Notes under the pieces: generated by a model | The model's input: the letters and a program-made list of their open reading frames with translations, nothing else | Database searches by the model: none | What the model was told of the DNA's origin: nothing | Shown: positions 62,601 to 64,000 of the stretch, piece by piece | How the letters are laid out: each line of letters opens with the position of its first letter | How positions within the stretch are numbered: the first letter of the stretch is position 1 | Assembly: GCA_020137815.1 (NCBI GenBank) | Contig: CM035355.1 | Coordinates: forward strand, 6,696,001-6,760,000 | DNA from: Hormiphora californensis | Taxonomy: Eukaryota; Animalia; Ctenophora | Reading direction: 5' to 3' | DNA: 64,000 bases | Made by a program: the position numbers and the translations under genes

Positions 62601-63717
62601 CCCCCCCATTTCATTACCTGCTCCTCTGTTTCACTCCGTAAGTTATCCTCTGATAATATCTGCTCCAGGGTGCCCGCATCCAACTCCAGGAATTCATCAC
62701 CCTGGGATACCGGGGTGAAGTGGTGCAGCATAAACCTGGGAGAATTCAGTGATAATGAGGGGAAATAATCCTGAAATTATGACAAACCCATCACAAATAA
62801 ACCTCCATATCCCCGAGGTCTCAGGAGTCAGGTCCCCCTGAGGTCCCCCACCCTCTCATTCAAAGGAGTTGTCCAGTACCTGTAAGCAGCTTCCTGCAAT
62901 TGTGTACACTGAAACTTTTCCGCTAGACGGTACACACCAATACAGTTCCCCTGCTCCAACAGCTTAGTTAGAAACTTACAGCATGCATTCCGGAGCGCTT
63001 CAATCTGGAAAAACGCACCCGCCTCCAGTATGACGGCGACATTATCCTGTTATTTTGGGGAGAGAGAAGGAGGGAGTGAGAGGTGGGTGAATGAATCACA
63101 AAAACAATTTGTAGTGTTTTATCAAACACCAAACCTGTTTCCGGTAAATTTGGCTGAGGATGCTCGGCTCCACCACCGCACCATTAACACCACCACCACC
63201 AGCCCGCCGCAACTAGGGAATGGGGAGAGAGAGAGGGTGTGAGTGAGGGGCAACCTACCCGGGTTAATAATATCTCGCCTGTATACGAGAAATCCAGGAT
63301 TGAGGTTATGGTTGTTAACTTCATGTCTCGCATTGTCACAGAGTTCTTGTTCGCTTCCGTCAACTTGCTGGAAAATAATATACGAGTTAGTTGTTTTGTA
63401 TTTGTAAGAGTGAGTAGTGACTAGTGAGTTCATAATAATGTTATTACAGTTTTTGCCCAATATGTAACAGTTGCCAGTACATACGGTACATTGCTTGTAT
63501 TTCTATAGTATAGAAGTTCATACCTGGAAAACATAGCATCAAAGTAGGGGATGAGTGATGCTAGGACAGCCTTGTGGCATTCTATTTTGGTGTCTTCAAC
63601 GACAATAGTAAAATCTGTATAACAGGAATTCTTTCGGAATTCGTTCAATGATTGTAGCAGTATATCGGCATGTTGGTATCTTTTAAAATGGAAACTTGTA
63701 TTCTCCACATCGACCAT
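59686..63717 (-). CDS. Kelch-like protein (BTB-BACK-Kelch)
   Basis: BTB LNEFRKNSCYTDFTIVVEDTKIECHKAVLASLIPYFDAMFS, BACK EFLELDAGTLEQILSEDNL..VFQAVLRWVQHN, and Kelch repeats LYMVGG..VEKFD, LYAIGGFDG and VYVFGGSDG..VERFDP. Confidence 0.9.
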
Positions 63718-64000
63718 TCTAAGAAAATAATTGTGATTTAGCGGGGTGTTATTATTAGGTTTTGGAAATATACATGAAAGCTAATGTGATTTCGTATAAG
63801 AGAAAAGAGAAAAACAAACAAAATTCTAAAAACTATTTATCCTCCAGGGATGCAACATAACACTTTCAAAAACCCCACGACATTTCAGATTTCACACATA
63901 ATTTCAAACTTTGAAAAAACAAACAACGTCAATTCACCCTGTACTCAAAACTACCTAAACCCACTTCTGAGTTCTGTGCTCTGTCCAGCCTGTGACAATG

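Noticed and set aside
1-64000. tRNA/rRNA genes
   Set aside because: I saw no cloverleaf with T-loop consensus and no rRNA-like conserved blocks by eye. A covariance scan was not possible.

Overview
Gene-dense, intron-rich animal genomic DNA, not prokaryotic. The compact layout, SRCR style and repeat families suggest a ctenophore, possibly Pleurobrachiidae, but this is inference only. The genes are: the 3' half of a TAO kinase (+); a KY/hillarin-type transglutaminase-fold gene with a degenerate catalytic triad (+); a divergent mitochondrial uS11-like gene and TRAPPC2L (-); a large secreted LDLa + ~11 SRCR protein and a small stand-alone paralog of its C-terminal module (+); and six tightly packed minus-strand genes (Kelch-like, SPAG7, NDUFA11/Tim17-like, JKAMP, CHM/REP1, unknown). 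A very recent 6.9-kb Penelope-like retroelement array with an intact RT/GIY-YIG ORF, a partial tandem copy and an inverted 5' arm sits in the uS11m intron. A second Penelope family is nested inside it with a 14-bp TSD. Both families carry hammerhead-like cores directly after splice-acceptor-like sequences. Introns hold many foldback/MITE elements with clear TSDs. Exon-intron junctions are repeatedly amplified into tandem arrays. All gene models were assembled by eye, so exon boundaries are approximate.
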